58,823 bases of DNA, taken from NCBI GenBank assembly GCA_964654355.1, contig CAZZIQ010000001.1, forward strand, positions 1 through 58,823, given 5' to 3'. Both the position numbers and the translations under genes were made by a program. The stretch is from an uncultured Piscirickettsiaceae bacterium. Lineage in GTDB: Bacteria > Pseudomonadota > Gammaproteobacteria > GCF-002020875. Positions 10,850 through 22,265 of this stretch are shown in pieces (within the stretch, counting starts at the first letter, position 1; every line of letters begins with the position of its first letter). Under the pieces are notes generated by a model that was not told the origin of the DNA, did no database searches, and saw only the letters and a list, made by a program, of their open reading frames with translations.

Positions 10850-11778
10850 GACAAAGACAAAGAAATGGTTTGCGTGCGGGTGCGTGGGCGATTGCCGTGA
10901 TAATTTTGGTCGGTTGTTCTGCTGCCGATCCGCGTAGCTTGCCGGTTCTGAATGCCGCGCGCCCGGCCAATGAGGCGCCGGAGACCTACAAGGTGCGGCG
11001 TGGCGATAGCCTGTATTTGATCGCCATGGAATTTGATCTGGATTGGCGCAATCTGGCCGATTGGAACGACATTGGTCGCAATGGCGTCATTTATCCCGGG
11101 CAGATTTTGCGTCTGCATGGAAGCTCGCAGGCTCAGCCGCAAACGGAAACGTTAGACCTAGCGCCAAGCATCGCGAGCAGTGTGCCAGACACTTATGTCG
11201 TGCAGCGCGGCGATTTTCTCAGCAAAATTGCCGAGCGTTTTGGCTTGGCGTGGCAGGATCTCGCGCGTTGGAATAGCCTAAAGAAGCCGTACACCTTGAA
11301 GGTTGGCCAGACCCTGCGTTTGCGTGGTGATGTGACCGGATCTACGACACCGACAGCGCGCGCCACCAAACCCGCGACAACTTCGCGTCCATCCCAATCG
11401 ACACCCGCTCGCACAGTTGCCGGCAAAGGGAGTTGGCCGTGGCCGAGTGGTACGCGCCAGGTGCAAAAGAGCGGTAAGGGAATTGATTTGTTCGGCAAGG
11501 AAGGCGATCCAATCAATGCGGTCGCGCCAGGGCAGGTGGTCTACAGTGGTTCAAACCTAGTGCGTTACGGCAACCTTGTTATCGTCAAGCATGATGAGCA
11601 TGTCCTCACCGCCTATGCGCACAACGCCAAGATCTTGGTTAAAGAAGGAGATGCAGTGAAGGTCGGACAGAAGATTGCCGAGATGGGCAAGACCGGCACC
11701 GATCGTGTGCGTTTGCACTTTGAGGTGCGGGTCGACGGCAAGGCCGTTGATCCGTTGCGCTACCTCGGTAAGCGCTGA
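10846..11778 (+). CDS. nlpD: Murein hydrolase activator NlpD (LysM + M23 peptidase lipoprotein)
   Basis: Lipoprotein signal AVIILVGC|SA, two LysM repeats (YKVRRGDSLYLIA, YVVQRGDFLSKIA) and a C-terminal M23 domain (LHFEVRVDGKAVDP). The ATG at 10846 forms an ATGA overlap with the upstream stop. The tracked start at 10591 is an over-extension. Confidence 0.9.
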   Translation: MRQRQRNGLRAGAWAIAVIILVGCSAADPRSLPVLNAARPANEAPETYKVRRGDSLYLIAMEFDLDWRNLADWNDIGRNGVIYPGQILRLHGSSQAQPQTETLDLAPSIASSVPDTYVVQRGDFLSKIAERFGLAWQDLARWNSLKKPYTLKVGQTLRLRGDVTGSTTPTARATKPATTSRPSQSTPARTVAGKGSWPWPSGTRQVQKSGKGIDLFGKEGDPINAVAPGQVVYSGSNLVRYGNLVIVKHDEHVLTAYAHNAKILVKEGDAVKVGQKIAEMGKTGTDRVRLHFEVRVDGKAVDPLRYLGKR

Positions 11779-11798
11779 GGATTTATTATCAGCCACTG

Positions 11799-11824
11799 AA
11801 AACCCGGCTTTGGCCGGGTTTTTT
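11799..11824. terminator. Bidirectional terminator between convergent genes
   Basis: AAAA, then CCCGGC (11803-11808), loop TTTG, GCCGGG (11813-11818), then TTTTTT. It lies between nlpD (+) and the minus-strand gene that ends at 11832. Confidence 0.8.
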
Positions 11825-11831
11825 GTTGGTT

Positions 11832-12206
11832 TTAGATCTGAATCAAGCCGGCACAGGCCGCCCGCTCTTCATTTAGCAGGACATTCCAGGTGCGGCAGGC
11901 GGCACCCGTTTCCATGACTTCCAGCCCAATCTGGTGTTGCTGGAAGAAGCGTAGGACGTCGTTGTGTGGGAAACGGTGCACCGCACCGCTGCCGAGTAGG
12001 ACGATTTCTGGGCGTTGTTCAAGGAACGGGGCGCAGTCTTCCGGGCGTAGCGCGCTGATGTCGGTTAGCGCCCAGTTCTGCGGGCGAGGAAGGTCTGGCA
12101 GCAGAAGCAGGCTGTTGCGATAGGTGATGTCCGCCAGCTGGATTTCGCCGCGGTCGTAGCGCTGGATCCGGAGCGGGTTGTGGGCGTTCTCGAGATTGAG
12201 CTGCAT
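11832..12206 (-). CDS. Mth938/NDUFAF3-like (DUF498) small protein
   Basis: 124 aa. The sequence [25 protein letters not shown]...EIVLLGSG...[16 protein letters not shown] matches my memory of the DUF498 family. Confidence 0.6.
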   Translation of the reverse strand: MQLNLENAHNPLRIQRYDRGEIQLADITYRNSLLLLPDLPRPQNWALTDISALRPEDCAPFLEQRPEIVLLGSGAVHRFPHNDVLRFFQQHQIGLEVMETGAACRTWNVLLNEERAACAGLIQI

Positions 12207-12310
12207 GGCCGCATTCTAGCGCCAGCGGGGAGGGACCGGCATGGGATTTTTGCTCCGAAACGAATAGACTTACGCACTTTATTTCTACGGAATTCTGCCG
12301 CAGGTCCACC

Positions 12311-13522
12311 GTGCAACCTAACGATCAGTTCCAGCGTATTCAGCGCTTACCCCCCTACGTTTTTGCTATCGTCAATGAATTGAAGGCGAAAGCGCGAGCG
12401 CGTGGTGAGGACATTATCGATTTTGGCATGGGTAATCCGGACCAGCCGACGCCGCAGCACATCGTGGATAAGCTGTGTGAGGCGGCGCAGCGTGGCGATA
12501 CGCATCGTTACTCTATGTCCAAGGGGATTCCCCGTCTGCGTCGTGCGATCAGTACGTGGTACAAGAATCGTTACGACGTTGAAATTGACCCGGACAGCGA
12601 AGCGATTGTGACGATTGGCTCGAAAGAGGGCCTTGCGCATTTCGCGCTCGCGACCGTTGGCCCCGGCGATTCGGTGTTGGTGCCGAACCCAGCCTATCCG
12701 ATCCATCCGTATGGCTTCATCATCGCCGGCGCCGATGTGCGTCATGTGCCCTTATTGCCGGGCGTGGATTTCTTTGCCGAGTTGGAAAAAGCGATTCGCG
12801 ATTCCTGGCCAAAGCCCAAGTTCTTGGTATTGAACTTTCCGGGGAATCCGACCACGGATTGTGTTGAGTTGGACTTCTTTGAGCGTGTGATCGAGATCGC
12901 CCGCGAGCATGGGATCTGGGTGGTGCATGATCTCGCCTACGCTGATATCGCTTTTGATGGTTATGTGGCGCCGTCGGTACTGCAGGTCCCAGGTGCGAAA
13001 GACATCGCCGTCGAATTCTTTACTTTGTCCAAGAGCTACAACATGCCGGGATGGCGTGTGGGCTTCATGGTGGGCAATCCGACCTTGGTCGCTGCGTTAT
13101 CGCGGATCAAGTCGTATCTGGATTACGGCATGTTTACTCCAATTCAGGTTGCGGCAATTGCCGCGCTTGAAGGCCCACAGGATTGTGTATCTGAGATCTC
13201 AGAAATGTATCGCGTGCGTCGCGATGTGCTCTGCCAAGGCTTGAACAGTATTGGTTGGTCGGTTACGCCGCCGAAGGCCACCATGTTCGTATGGGCGCCG
13301 ATTCCAGAGCCGTATCGCGAGCTCGGTTCCCTCGAGTTCTCTAAGAAATTGTTGGCTGAGGCCAAGGTTGCGGTTTCCCCTGGTATTGGTTTTGGTGAAT
13401 ATGGGGACGGCTTTGTGCGCTTTGGCTTGATTGAAAATGAACATCGTACCCGTCAGGCGATTCGCGGCATTCGCGACATGTTCCGCCGTGATGGTTTGAT
13501 GCAAATGGATAGTGACGTATGA
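12311..13522 (+). CDS. alaC: Class I/II aminotransferase, AlaC (YfdZ)-type alanine transaminase
   Basis: [36 protein letters not shown]...[38 protein letters not shown] closely parallels E. coli AlaC. PLP-lysine motif [15 protein letters not shown] start. Confidence 0.8.
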   Translation: MQPNDQFQRIQRLPPYVFAIVNELKAKARARGEDIIDFGMGNPDQPTPQHIVDKLCEAAQRGDTHRYSMSKGIPRLRRAISTWYKNRYDVEIDPDSEAIVTIGSKEGLAHFALATVGPGDSVLVPNPAYPIHPYGFIIAGADVRHVPLLPGVDFFAELEKAIRDSWPKPKFLVLNFPGNPTTDCVELDFFERVIEIAREHGIWVVHDLAYADIAFDGYVAPSVLQVPGAKDIAVEFFTLSKSYNMPGWRVGFMVGNPTLVAALSRIKSYLDYGMFTPIQVAAIAALEGPQDCVSEISEMYRVRRDVLCQGLNSIGWSVTPPKATMFVWAPIPEPYRELGSLEFSKKLLAEAKVAVSPGIGFGEYGDGFVRFGLIENEHRTRQAIRGIRDMFRRDGLMQMDSDV

Positions 13523-14829
13523 ATCCGGTGAAGGTTGGAATTTTGGGTTTGGGCACCGTTGGTTGCGGTGCGGTCAATGTATTGCGCCGCAATCTGGATG
13601 AGATTACCCGTCGTGCAGGGCGTGAGATTCAGGTCGTTGCAGCGGCGGTGCGTGATTTGCAGCGTGCGCGTGCCTGCGCCACCGACGGCATTCGTCTGAC
13701 CGATGATCCGATGGTGGTCGCACAGGATCCAGAAGTTGAAATCGTTCTGGAACTAATGGGCGGCACTGGGCTGGCGCGTGAATGTGTGTTTGCGGCAGTG
13801 ACCGCCGGCAAGCATGTGGTAACGGCGAACAAGGCCTTGATTGCGACCCATGGCAATGAGTTGTTCAAGTTGGCGCAAGACAAGGGTGTTGTGGTTGCGT
13901 TCGAGGCCGCTGTTGGTGGTGGTATTCCGATCATCAAGGCGATTCGTGAAGGGCTTTCTGCGAATCGGATTGAGTGGCTGGCGGGCATCATCAATGGTAC
14001 CGGCAACTTTATTCTGACCGAGATGCGCGACAAGGGGCGCGCGTTTGAGGACGTATTGGCTGAAGCGCAGGCTTTGGGTTATGCCGAAGCCGATCCGACT
14101 TTCGATGTGGAGGGAATCGATGCGGCACATAAGCTGACCATTCTCGCTTCCATTGCATTTGGGATTCCGTTGCAATTTGAACGTGCCTACACCGAAGGCA
14201 TTAGCAAGATTGCGCCAGAAGACGTGGCGTATGCCACTGAGCTTGGCTATCGCATCAAACATTTGGGCGTCGCACGTCGCACCGAGCAGGGTGTGGAGTT
14301 GCGTGTGCACCCAACCTTGATTCCGCAGCGTCGCCTGATTGCAAATGTCGATGGTGTGATGAACGCCGTCCTGGTGCGCGGTGATGCGGTTGGGCCGACT
14401 TTGTATTACGGCGCGGGCGCCGGTGATGAACCAACAGCGTCGGCGGTCTTGGCGGATACGGTGGACGTGGTGCGTGCCTTGACTTCAGATCCGAACAATC
14501 GGGTTCCGCATCTTGCGTTCCAGCCGGATGCGCTACAAGACTTGCCGATCCTTGATATCGAAGACATCGAAACCGCTTATTACCTTCGTCTGGAGGTCTT
14601 GGATAAGGCTGGTGTGCTCGCAGATGTAACCAGCATCTTGGCGGAACAGAACATCAGCATTGAGGCACTGATCCAGAAAGATGACCTCAGCGACGCGGAT
14701 ACGGTCCCGGTGATCCTGTTGACCCATTGCACACGTGAAGGTGCAATGAACCGCGCGATCGCGGCTATGGAGGCACTGAGTAGTGTGCAAGCGCCGCTCA
14801 TGCGCATCCGTGTCGAAAGCTTGGCGTAA
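13519..14829 (+). CDS. hom: Homoserine dehydrogenase
   Basis: 436 aa with an N-terminal NAD-binding GILGLGTVG and a C-terminal ACT-like region. The start forms an ATGA overlap with alaC, and thrC follows. Confidence 0.92.
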   Translation: MNPVKVGILGLGTVGCGAVNVLRRNLDEITRRAGREIQVVAAAVRDLQRARACATDGIRLTDDPMVVAQDPEVEIVLELMGGTGLARECVFAAVTAGKHVVTANKALIATHGNELFKLAQDKGVVVAFEAAVGGGIPIIKAIREGLSANRIEWLAGIINGTGNFILTEMRDKGRAFEDVLAEAQALGYAEADPTFDVEGIDAAHKLTILASIAFGIPLQFERAYTEGISKIAPEDVAYATELGYRIKHLGVARRTEQGVELRVHPTLIPQRRLIANVDGVMNAVLVRGDAVGPTLYYGAGAGDEPTASAVLADTVDVVRALTSDPNNRVPHLAFQPDALQDLPILDIEDIETAYYLRLEVLDKAGVLADVTSILAEQNISIEALIQKDDLSDADTVPVILLTHCTREGAMNRAIAAMEALSSVQAPLMRIRVESLA

Positions 14830-14840
14830 TTTATTTTTGA

Positions 14841-16010
14841 ATGGGCGATGCCCAAACTGATGAGAGTTTGACTGTGCGTTATACCGGATTGATTGAAAAG
14901 TATCGTAAGTATCTGCCGATTTCTGAATCGACCCCGATCATTAGTTTGGGTGAAGGCAATACACCACTAATTCACTTGCAGAACATTCCTGCCGCGCTCG
15001 GTTTGGATGCTAAGCTTTATGTGAAGTATGAAGGTTTGAATCCGACCGGTTCCTTCAAAGATCGCGGGATGTGTATGGCCGTGACCAAGGCGGTTGAAGA
15101 AGGTAGCAAGGCGATCATTTGTGCTTCGACCGGAAATACCTCGGCGGCCGCGGCGGCCTATGCTGCACGCGCAGGGATTACGGCCTTTGTGTTGATCCCG
15201 GATGGCAAGATTGCCATGGGCAAGTTGGCGCAGGCGATGATGCACGGCGCTGTTGTAATTCAGATTCAAGGCAACTTCGACGATGGTATGCGCTTGGTGA
15301 AGGAAGTTGCGGACCATGCACCTGTGACCATTGTGAATTCCATCAATCCGTATCGTCTGCAGGGGCAGAAGACGGCAGCTTTTGAAATCGTTGAAGAGCT
15401 CGGCGATGCGCCGGATTTTCATTGTTTGCCGGTTGGCAATGCGGGCAATATCACCGCGCATTGGATTGGCTACTGTGAACTGACCACCAAACCCGGCGAG
15501 CATGCGACCAACGCTTGTGCATTCTGTGAGGGTGAATCTGGTTGTGCTTATGGCCAGGGCAAGAGCGGCAAGCGGCCGCAGATGGTGGGCTATCAGGCTG
15601 CAGGCTCGGCGCCGTTCATTCGTGGTGAGATGGTCGACAATCCAGAAACCATTGCCACTGCCATTCGTATTGGGCATCCACAGTCTTGGGACAAGGCTTG
15701 GAAGGTCATGGACGAATCCAAGGGCTGGTTTGATGAATGCACGGACGAAGAAATCTTAGTTGCGCAAAAATTGCTGGCGGAGAAAGAAGGCGTGTTCTGT
15801 GAACCTGCTTCTGCAACCTCCGTTGCGGGCGCTTTACGCGACCTACAGTCCGGCAAGATTCCGGCCGGTTCCAGCGTCGTTTGCACCCTGACCGGACATG
15901 GCCTGAAGGACCCAGACACTGCGATCAAGCAGTCGACGTGTCCGGTGATTACGGTTCCCGCCACCCTCGACGCGGTTCGCGAGGCCATCCTCGGCAACAC
16001 GCGCGCGTAA
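14841..16010 (+). CDS. thrC: Threonine synthase (short class) with a Cys-rich insertion
   Basis: SFKDRGM PLP-lysine motif, [15 protein letters not shown], and hom-thrC synteny. GTG 14874 is an alternative start. See the finding on the insertion at 15474-15569. Confidence 0.92.
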   Translation: MGDAQTDESLTVRYTGLIEKYRKYLPISESTPIISLGEGNTPLIHLQNIPAALGLDAKLYVKYEGLNPTGSFKDRGMCMAVTKAVEEGSKAIICASTGNTSAAAAAYAARAGITAFVLIPDGKIAMGKLAQAMMHGAVVIQIQGNFDDGMRLVKEVADHAPVTIVNSINPYRLQGQKTAAFEIVEELGDAPDFHCLPVGNAGNITAHWIGYCELTTKPGEHATNACAFCEGESGCAYGQGKSGKRPQMVGYQAAGSAPFIRGEMVDNPETIATAIRIGHPQSWDKAWKVMDESKGWFDECTDEEILVAQKLLAEKEGVFCEPASATSVAGALRDLQSGKIPAGSSVVCTLTGHGLKDPDTAIKQSTCPVITVPATLDAVREAILGNTRA

Positions 16011-16026
16011 GCGCAACGGAGCGTTC

Positions 16027-16818
16027 GTGCCGCACGCGGCCACGCTGTATCACCCCAACCTGTTTGCGCAGCTTCCGACTTTGCCGGAGGCGCTGAGGCA
16101 GCGTCTGGCCTGCGGTAATCTGTCTACTGAATTACCCATGGCCGCGATTCGTGCGCTAGCCGCGGGCGTGATCCTTCCGCCTGAGCATTACTTGCTTGCA
16201 GTCGATCTCATACATCTCTATCCCGATTTGAATCGCGTGCGCTTGGTCTTTCCAGATGGAATGGATGGCGTACATGCTGATGAGGCCCAGCGCTTGCTTG
16301 ACTGTTGTCGTCCTGTCTTTGCCGCACAAAGCATGCAGTTGTTATTCGCACAGGGGCGGCATTGGTTGTTAAGTGTGCCAGCCTCGCACGCCGTTACAGA
16401 CGCAACTACGGCAACGAGCTTTACGGATCCACAGCGTGCACAAGGAATGCCCTTGGATGAGGCGATGCCCAAGGGTGAGGTTGGTCGTTTGTGGCGGCAG
16501 TTGATCAGTGAGATTCAGATCGAACTGCATCATGCAGAAGTGAATCAACAGCGTATTCAAAAAGGACATATGACCTTGAATGGAGTGTGGTTGTGGGGAT
16601 GGTCTACGCCAGCTGAATGTATGTCCCTTCAGGATCAGCATTTGAGTTGGATGAATGAGGCGCATGCACTTGAGCAGATTGAAGCGGAGATGCGTGATGC
16701 CGAAGTTTTGCGCTTGTGCTCCGACGCGGGAAGTTGGGTTTGGCAGAAAAAAGACGTTTGGAAGTTTTGGCGTCGCCGCCAAGCAAAGCGTGCGCCGTTT
16801 GTGATGGAGATCGAATGA
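16027..16818 (+). CDS. Conserved hypothetical protein
   Basis: 263 aa with a GTG start. I recognise no catalytic motif. The C-terminal half contains NGVWLWGWS. The stop overlaps the recJ ATG in an ATGA. Confidence 0.55.
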   Translation: MPHAATLYHPNLFAQLPTLPEALRQRLACGNLSTELPMAAIRALAAGVILPPEHYLLAVDLIHLYPDLNRVRLVFPDGMDGVHADEAQRLLDCCRPVFAAQSMQLLFAQGRHWLLSVPASHAVTDATTATSFTDPQRAQGMPLDEAMPKGEVGRLWRQLISEIQIELHHAEVNQQRIQKGHMTLNGVWLWGWSTPAECMSLQDQHLSWMNEAHALEQIEAEMRDAEVLRLCSDAGSWVWQKKDVWKFWRRRQAKRAPFVMEIE

Positions 16819-18545
16819 AACGCCAAGTATGTCAGCGTGAGGTTCCTTCTCAGGCCGATGTGCTGGCTGGGTCGGTCCCCGTGCGTTTGGCTAAGATTTA
16901 TGCTGCGCGCGGCATTCTGGATTCCACTGACTTAGATCTAAGCCTGCAGCGCTTGCCATCACCACAGGGTCTACGTGGCATGACGGAAGCAGTCGGCTTG
17001 CTAGTTGAAGCACTTGAACAAAAACAAAGCATCGTCATCGTTGCTGACTTTGATGCCGATGGCGCAACCAGCTGCGCACTGATGGTTTCGGCTCTGCAAG
17101 CGTTGGGTGCAGACGAGGTTCAATTTGTGGTGCCGGATCGTGCCCGCGATGGCTATGGCTTATCGCCCAACGTTGCGGAGGCCGCTGCTGCAACCCTGCA
17201 AGACCCACATGGCGCTTTGCTGATAACTGTCGATAACGGCATCTCTAGCCATGCGGGTGTGGCCCATGCGCAAGCGCTGGGGTTCAAGGTGTTGATTACC
17301 GATCATCATTTGCCAGGCGATACCGTACCTATGGCTGAGGCTTTGGTGAATCCGAATCAGTCGGGTGATAACTTTCCGAGCAAGGCCCTGGCTGGAGTTG
17401 GTGTGGCGTTTTACGTCTTGCTAGGCTTGCGCGCTGCATTGCGTGAGCGCGGATGGTTTTCCACCCATCCCGAACCGAATCTAGCCGATTGGTTGGATCT
17501 GGTGGCCTTGGGCACAGTTGCGGATTTGGTCCCGCTGGATCGCGTCAATCGCATTCTGGTGGCGCAAGGGATTGCGCGCATTCGGCGTGGTCAGGCACGT
17601 GCAGGGATTCGTGCATTGCTTGAGGTGGGTAAGCGCGATGCGGCACGCCTCGTGGCCAGTGATCTCGGCTTTACCGTCGGGCCGCGGATTAATGCGGCGG
17701 GCCGTCTAGACTCCATGCGCCTTGGGGTTGAATGCCTGCTTGCGGATAGTGAACAGGCAGCGCGTTGGCATGCGCAACAATTGGATCAGATCAATCATGA
17801 GCGACGTGGGGTGGAACAACGCATGCGCACGCAGGCGGAGGCGGCCTTGCGCAAGCTGCATCTCGATGAGGACCTTCCCTGGGGCGTGAGTTTGTTTCAA
17901 GAAGACTGGCATGAGGGTGTGGTTGGACTCGTCGCTGGTCGTGTCAAAGAACAAATTCATCGCCCAGTGGTTGTGTTTGCTGAGGTTCAACCCGGATTAC
18001 TGAAGGGCTCGGGGCGATCGATTCCTGGGCTGCACTTGCGCGATGCGTTGGCGACCTTGAATGCGCGGCATCCCGACATGATCGAGCGTTTTGGTGGGCA
18101 TGCCATGGCTGCAGGTCTGACCTTGCCACGCGCACAGTTTGCTGGCTTTGCCAGCGCGTTTGATGCTGTGGTGCGGACACAGATGAATGCCGCGGATCTA
18201 GAGGGCGTGGTATGGACGGATGGTGCGTTGGGCGCCGTTGAGATGCGTCTCGATCTGGCGCAGGCGCTGCGCGATGGTGGCCCCTGGGGCCAGGCTTTTC
18301 CTGAGCCGGTGTTTGCCGATGTGTTTCAGGTCAGCGAACGTCGTGTGGTCGGTGACCAGCACCTGCGCTGGCAGTTGACCCACCGCGAGGGCGGGCGATT
18401 TGAGGCCATCCACTTCAATCCGCCAGCCGAGCTACTGCAGGGGCCGGTCCCAACACAACTACAGGCAGCCTATCGTCTTGATGTGAATCATTGGCAGGGC
18501 CGCGACCGGCTGCAGCTGTGCGTGGAATACGCCGAGCCGGTATAG
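16815..18545 (+). CDS. recJ: Single-stranded-DNA-specific exonuclease RecJ
   Basis: DHH-family motifs VADFDADGATS, DNGISS and ITDHH. The ATG at 16815 gives 576 aa. The tracked start at 16716 overlaps the previous gene. Confidence 0.93.
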   Translation: MKRQVCQREVPSQADVLAGSVPVRLAKIYAARGILDSTDLDLSLQRLPSPQGLRGMTEAVGLLVEALEQKQSIVIVADFDADGATSCALMVSALQALGADEVQFVVPDRARDGYGLSPNVAEAAAATLQDPHGALLITVDNGISSHAGVAHAQALGFKVLITDHHLPGDTVPMAEALVNPNQSGDNFPSKALAGVGVAFYVLLGLRAALRERGWFSTHPEPNLADWLDLVALGTVADLVPLDRVNRILVAQGIARIRRGQARAGIRALLEVGKRDAARLVASDLGFTVGPRINAAGRLDSMRLGVECLLADSEQAARWHAQQLDQINHERRGVEQRMRTQAEAALRKLHLDEDLPWGVSLFQEDWHEGVVGLVAGRVKEQIHRPVVVFAEVQPGLLKGSGRSIPGLHLRDALATLNARHPDMIERFGGHAMAAGLTLPRAQFAGFASAFDAVVRTQMNAADLEGVVWTDGALGAVEMRLDLAQALRDGGPWGQAFPEPVFADVFQVSERRVVGDQHLRWQLTHREGGRFEAIHFNPPAELLQGPVPTQLQAAYRLDVNHWQGRDRLQLCVEYAEPV

Positions 18546-18611
18546 TTGCGGGTTTTTTAGGGCCGCTCGTTTGGGGCGGTGACAACAGGCTTTTTGGATC
18601 ACCACATCGCT

Positions 18612-19707
<1,096 letters not shown>

Positions 19708-19724
19708 TTTTTATTGGAAAGCTT

Positions 19725-21242
19725 ATGTCAGAAGAAAATATGGACACGGTTGCAGAGCGTGGCGATGCCGAAGAAAACAAGCTGATTGCCGAGCGTCGAC
19801 GCAAGCTGGATGCCTTGCGCGAACAGGGTCAGGCCTTTCCGAATGATTTCCGTCGTGATGCCATGGCGGGCGAACTTCTGGCGGAATATGCAGAGAAGTC
19901 AGCTGAAGATCTTGAGGCCGAGCCGCGTCGAGTAGCGGTGGCGGGGCGCATGATGGCCAAGCGCATCATGGGTAAGGCAGCTTTCACCCATGTGCAAGAC
20001 ATGACCGGAAAGATTCAGTTATTCGTGCAGCGCGATGCCGTTGGCGAAGATGTCTATGCTGCATTTAAGGGTTGGGATATAGGCGACATCGTGGGTGGCG
20101 AAGGCACGTTGATGAAGACCAAGACCGGTGAATTATCGGTGCGGGTCGATGCGTTGCGCTTACTGACCAAGTCGGTGCGCCCATTGCCAGAGAAATTCCA
20201 TGGTCTAACCGATACCGAACAGCGCTATCGTCAGCGCTATCTCGATCTGATCATGAACGAGGTCAGCTCTAAGGTTTTTCGTGTGCGCACCCAGGTGGTG
20301 CAGTTCATTCGTGATTACCTCAATGCGCGCAGCTTCCTCGAAGTCGAAACACCGATGATGCAGGCCATCCCGGGTGGTGCGACTGCGCGACCCTTTGCAA
20401 CGCATCACAATGCGTTGGATATGCAATTGTTCTTGCGCATTGCCCCTGAGCTTTATCTCAAGCGCCTTGTGGTGGGTGGCTTTGAGCGGGTTTATGAGAT
20501 TAACCGCAACTTCCGCAATGAAGGTCTATCAACGCGCCACAATCCAGAATTCACCATGCTCGAGTTCTATGAGGCCTATGAGGATTATCACCACCTGATG
20601 GATCTCACCGAGGATTTATTACGTAAACTCGCAGTGAAAGTGTTGGGAACAACGCAGGTAACCTACCAGGGTGACGCCTACGATTTCGGCAAGCCGTTTG
20701 TGCGCATGACGGTGAAAGATTCCATCCTGCACTTCAATCCGGAGCTAAGCGAATCGCAGATTAGCGATCCAACCCAAGCGCGCGAGGTGGCGAGGGGGCT
20801 GGGCATTCCGCTCAAGGATGGTTATGGCTTAGGCAAGGTGCAGATCGAGATCTTCGAGAAGACTGTCGAACATCGTCTCAAGGACCCGACCTTCATTACC
20901 GCCTACCCGGCTGAGGTTTCGCCCTTGGCGCGACGTAATGATGCGGACCCGTTTGTTACCGATCGTTTTGAGTTCTTCGTGGGTGGTCGCGAAATTGCGA
21001 ATGGCTTTTCTGAGCTCAATGACTACGAAGATCAGGCCGAGCGTTTCCGTCAGCAAGTCGTAGAGAAAGAGGCGGGCGATGACGAAGCGATGCATTTCGA
21101 TGCTGATTACGTTACTGCATTGGAGCATGGGATGCCGCCAACCGCTGGTGAGGGGATCGGGATTGATCGCTTAGTGATGTTGCTGACGGACTCACCTTCA
21201 ATCCGAGATGTCTTACTGTTCCCGCACATGCGGCCACGCTAA
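19725..21242 (+). CDS. lysS: Lysine--tRNA ligase (class II)
   Basis: 505 aa with [20 protein letters not shown] (motif 2 region) and [11 protein letters not shown] (motif 3). prfB-lysS synteny as in E. coli. Confidence 0.96.
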   Translation: MSEENMDTVAERGDAEENKLIAERRRKLDALREQGQAFPNDFRRDAMAGELLAEYAEKSAEDLEAEPRRVAVAGRMMAKRIMGKAAFTHVQDMTGKIQLFVQRDAVGEDVYAAFKGWDIGDIVGGEGTLMKTKTGELSVRVDALRLLTKSVRPLPEKFHGLTDTEQRYRQRYLDLIMNEVSSKVFRVRTQVVQFIRDYLNARSFLEVETPMMQAIPGGATARPFATHHNALDMQLFLRIAPELYLKRLVVGGFERVYEINRNFRNEGLSTRHNPEFTMLEFYEAYEDYHHLMDLTEDLLRKLAVKVLGTTQVTYQGDAYDFGKPFVRMTVKDSILHFNPELSESQISDPTQAREVARGLGIPLKDGYGLGKVQIEIFEKTVEHRLKDPTFITAYPAEVSPLARRNDADPFVTDRFEFFVGGREIANGFSELNDYEDQAERFRQQVVEKEAGDDEAMHFDADYVTALEHGMPPTAGEGIGIDRLVMLLTDSPSIRDVLLFPHMRPR

Positions 21243-21272
21243 ACCGCACAGAAAATCCCCAAGAGTCTCCCG

Positions 21273-22265
21273 ATGAAAATCGCCATCATTGGTGCAGGGA
21301 TGGCGGGGCTAACGGCTGCGCGCGCTTTGTCGCAGCAGCATGAGGTTGTGGTTTTTGAAAAGTCGCGCGGGGTCGGCGGGCGTATTGCAACACGTCAGCA
21401 TGAAGCCTTTTTCTTTGATCATGGCGCACAATTCTTTGCTGCGAAGACGCCTGTGTTTCGCGATTTTATTGCACCATATCTGGATACAGGCGTGGTTGCG
21501 ATCTGGAAGGGGCACTTCCAAGAGCGCGATAAACACGGGGTCTTGAGCGAACGTGAATGGAGCGATGAGCCCGCGCATTACGTGGGGACGCCGAGTATGA
21601 ATGCGTTTCCTAAGGCGCTTGCGCAGGGTCTAGCTGTTCGTCGAAATACACAGATTCAAGCTGTAGAGAAAACCCCTTCTGGCTGGTCGCTGTCTGTAGA
21701 GGGCGGCGAAAACTTTAGCGGTTTTGATTGGCTCATCTCGGCGATTCCTGTTGCGCAGGTAAGCGCCTTGCTGCCAGGCGGTATGACGTTTTCATCCCTG
21801 CTCTCCAAAATTGAGATGCAGGCCTGTTATTCGCTCATGCTGGGCTTTGATGAGCCTGTTTCGTTTGAGTTTGATGCGGCATTGATCCACGAAGCCGACA
21901 TCAGTTGGATTTCGGTGAACGCCTCAAAACCAGGGCGTAATGCCGATCCAACGCTATTAGTGCATTCAACCAATCGCTGGGCGGAAGCCAATGTCGATTT
22001 GCCGCGCGCACAGGTCATTGAGCATTTACTGCACGAAACTGCTATTCAGGCGGGAACGATCGTACATCAGGCAACGCATGTTGATGTGCAACGTTGGCTT
22101 TACGCCAATGCTGAGAAACGAGTTGACGCAGAACCCTGTTTTATTGATTTCGATCAGCGCATGACCGTATGCGGAGACTGGTGTATTCATGGCCGCATTG
22201 AGGCTGCCTTTTTGAGTGGGCACGCCGCTGCAGCTGCCATAGCCGGGCAAAACGCTATTTGGTAA
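21273..22265 (+). CDS. NAD(P)/FAD-dependent oxidoreductase (amine-oxidase/renalase-like)
   Basis: N-terminal dinucleotide-binding motif KIAIIGAGMAGLTAA...VVVFEKSRGVGGR. 330 aa. The substrate is unknown. Confidence 0.65.
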   Translation: MKIAIIGAGMAGLTAARALSQQHEVVVFEKSRGVGGRIATRQHEAFFFDHGAQFFAAKTPVFRDFIAPYLDTGVVAIWKGHFQERDKHGVLSEREWSDEPAHYVGTPSMNAFPKALAQGLAVRRNTQIQAVEKTPSGWSLSVEGGENFSGFDWLISAIPVAQVSALLPGGMTFSSLLSKIEMQACYSLMLGFDEPVSFEFDAALIHEADISWISVNASKPGRNADPTLLVHSTNRWAEANVDLPRAQVIEHLLHETAIQAGTIVHQATHVDVQRWLYANAEKRVDAEPCFIDFDQRMTVCGDWCIHGRIEAAFLSGHAAAAAIAGQNAIW

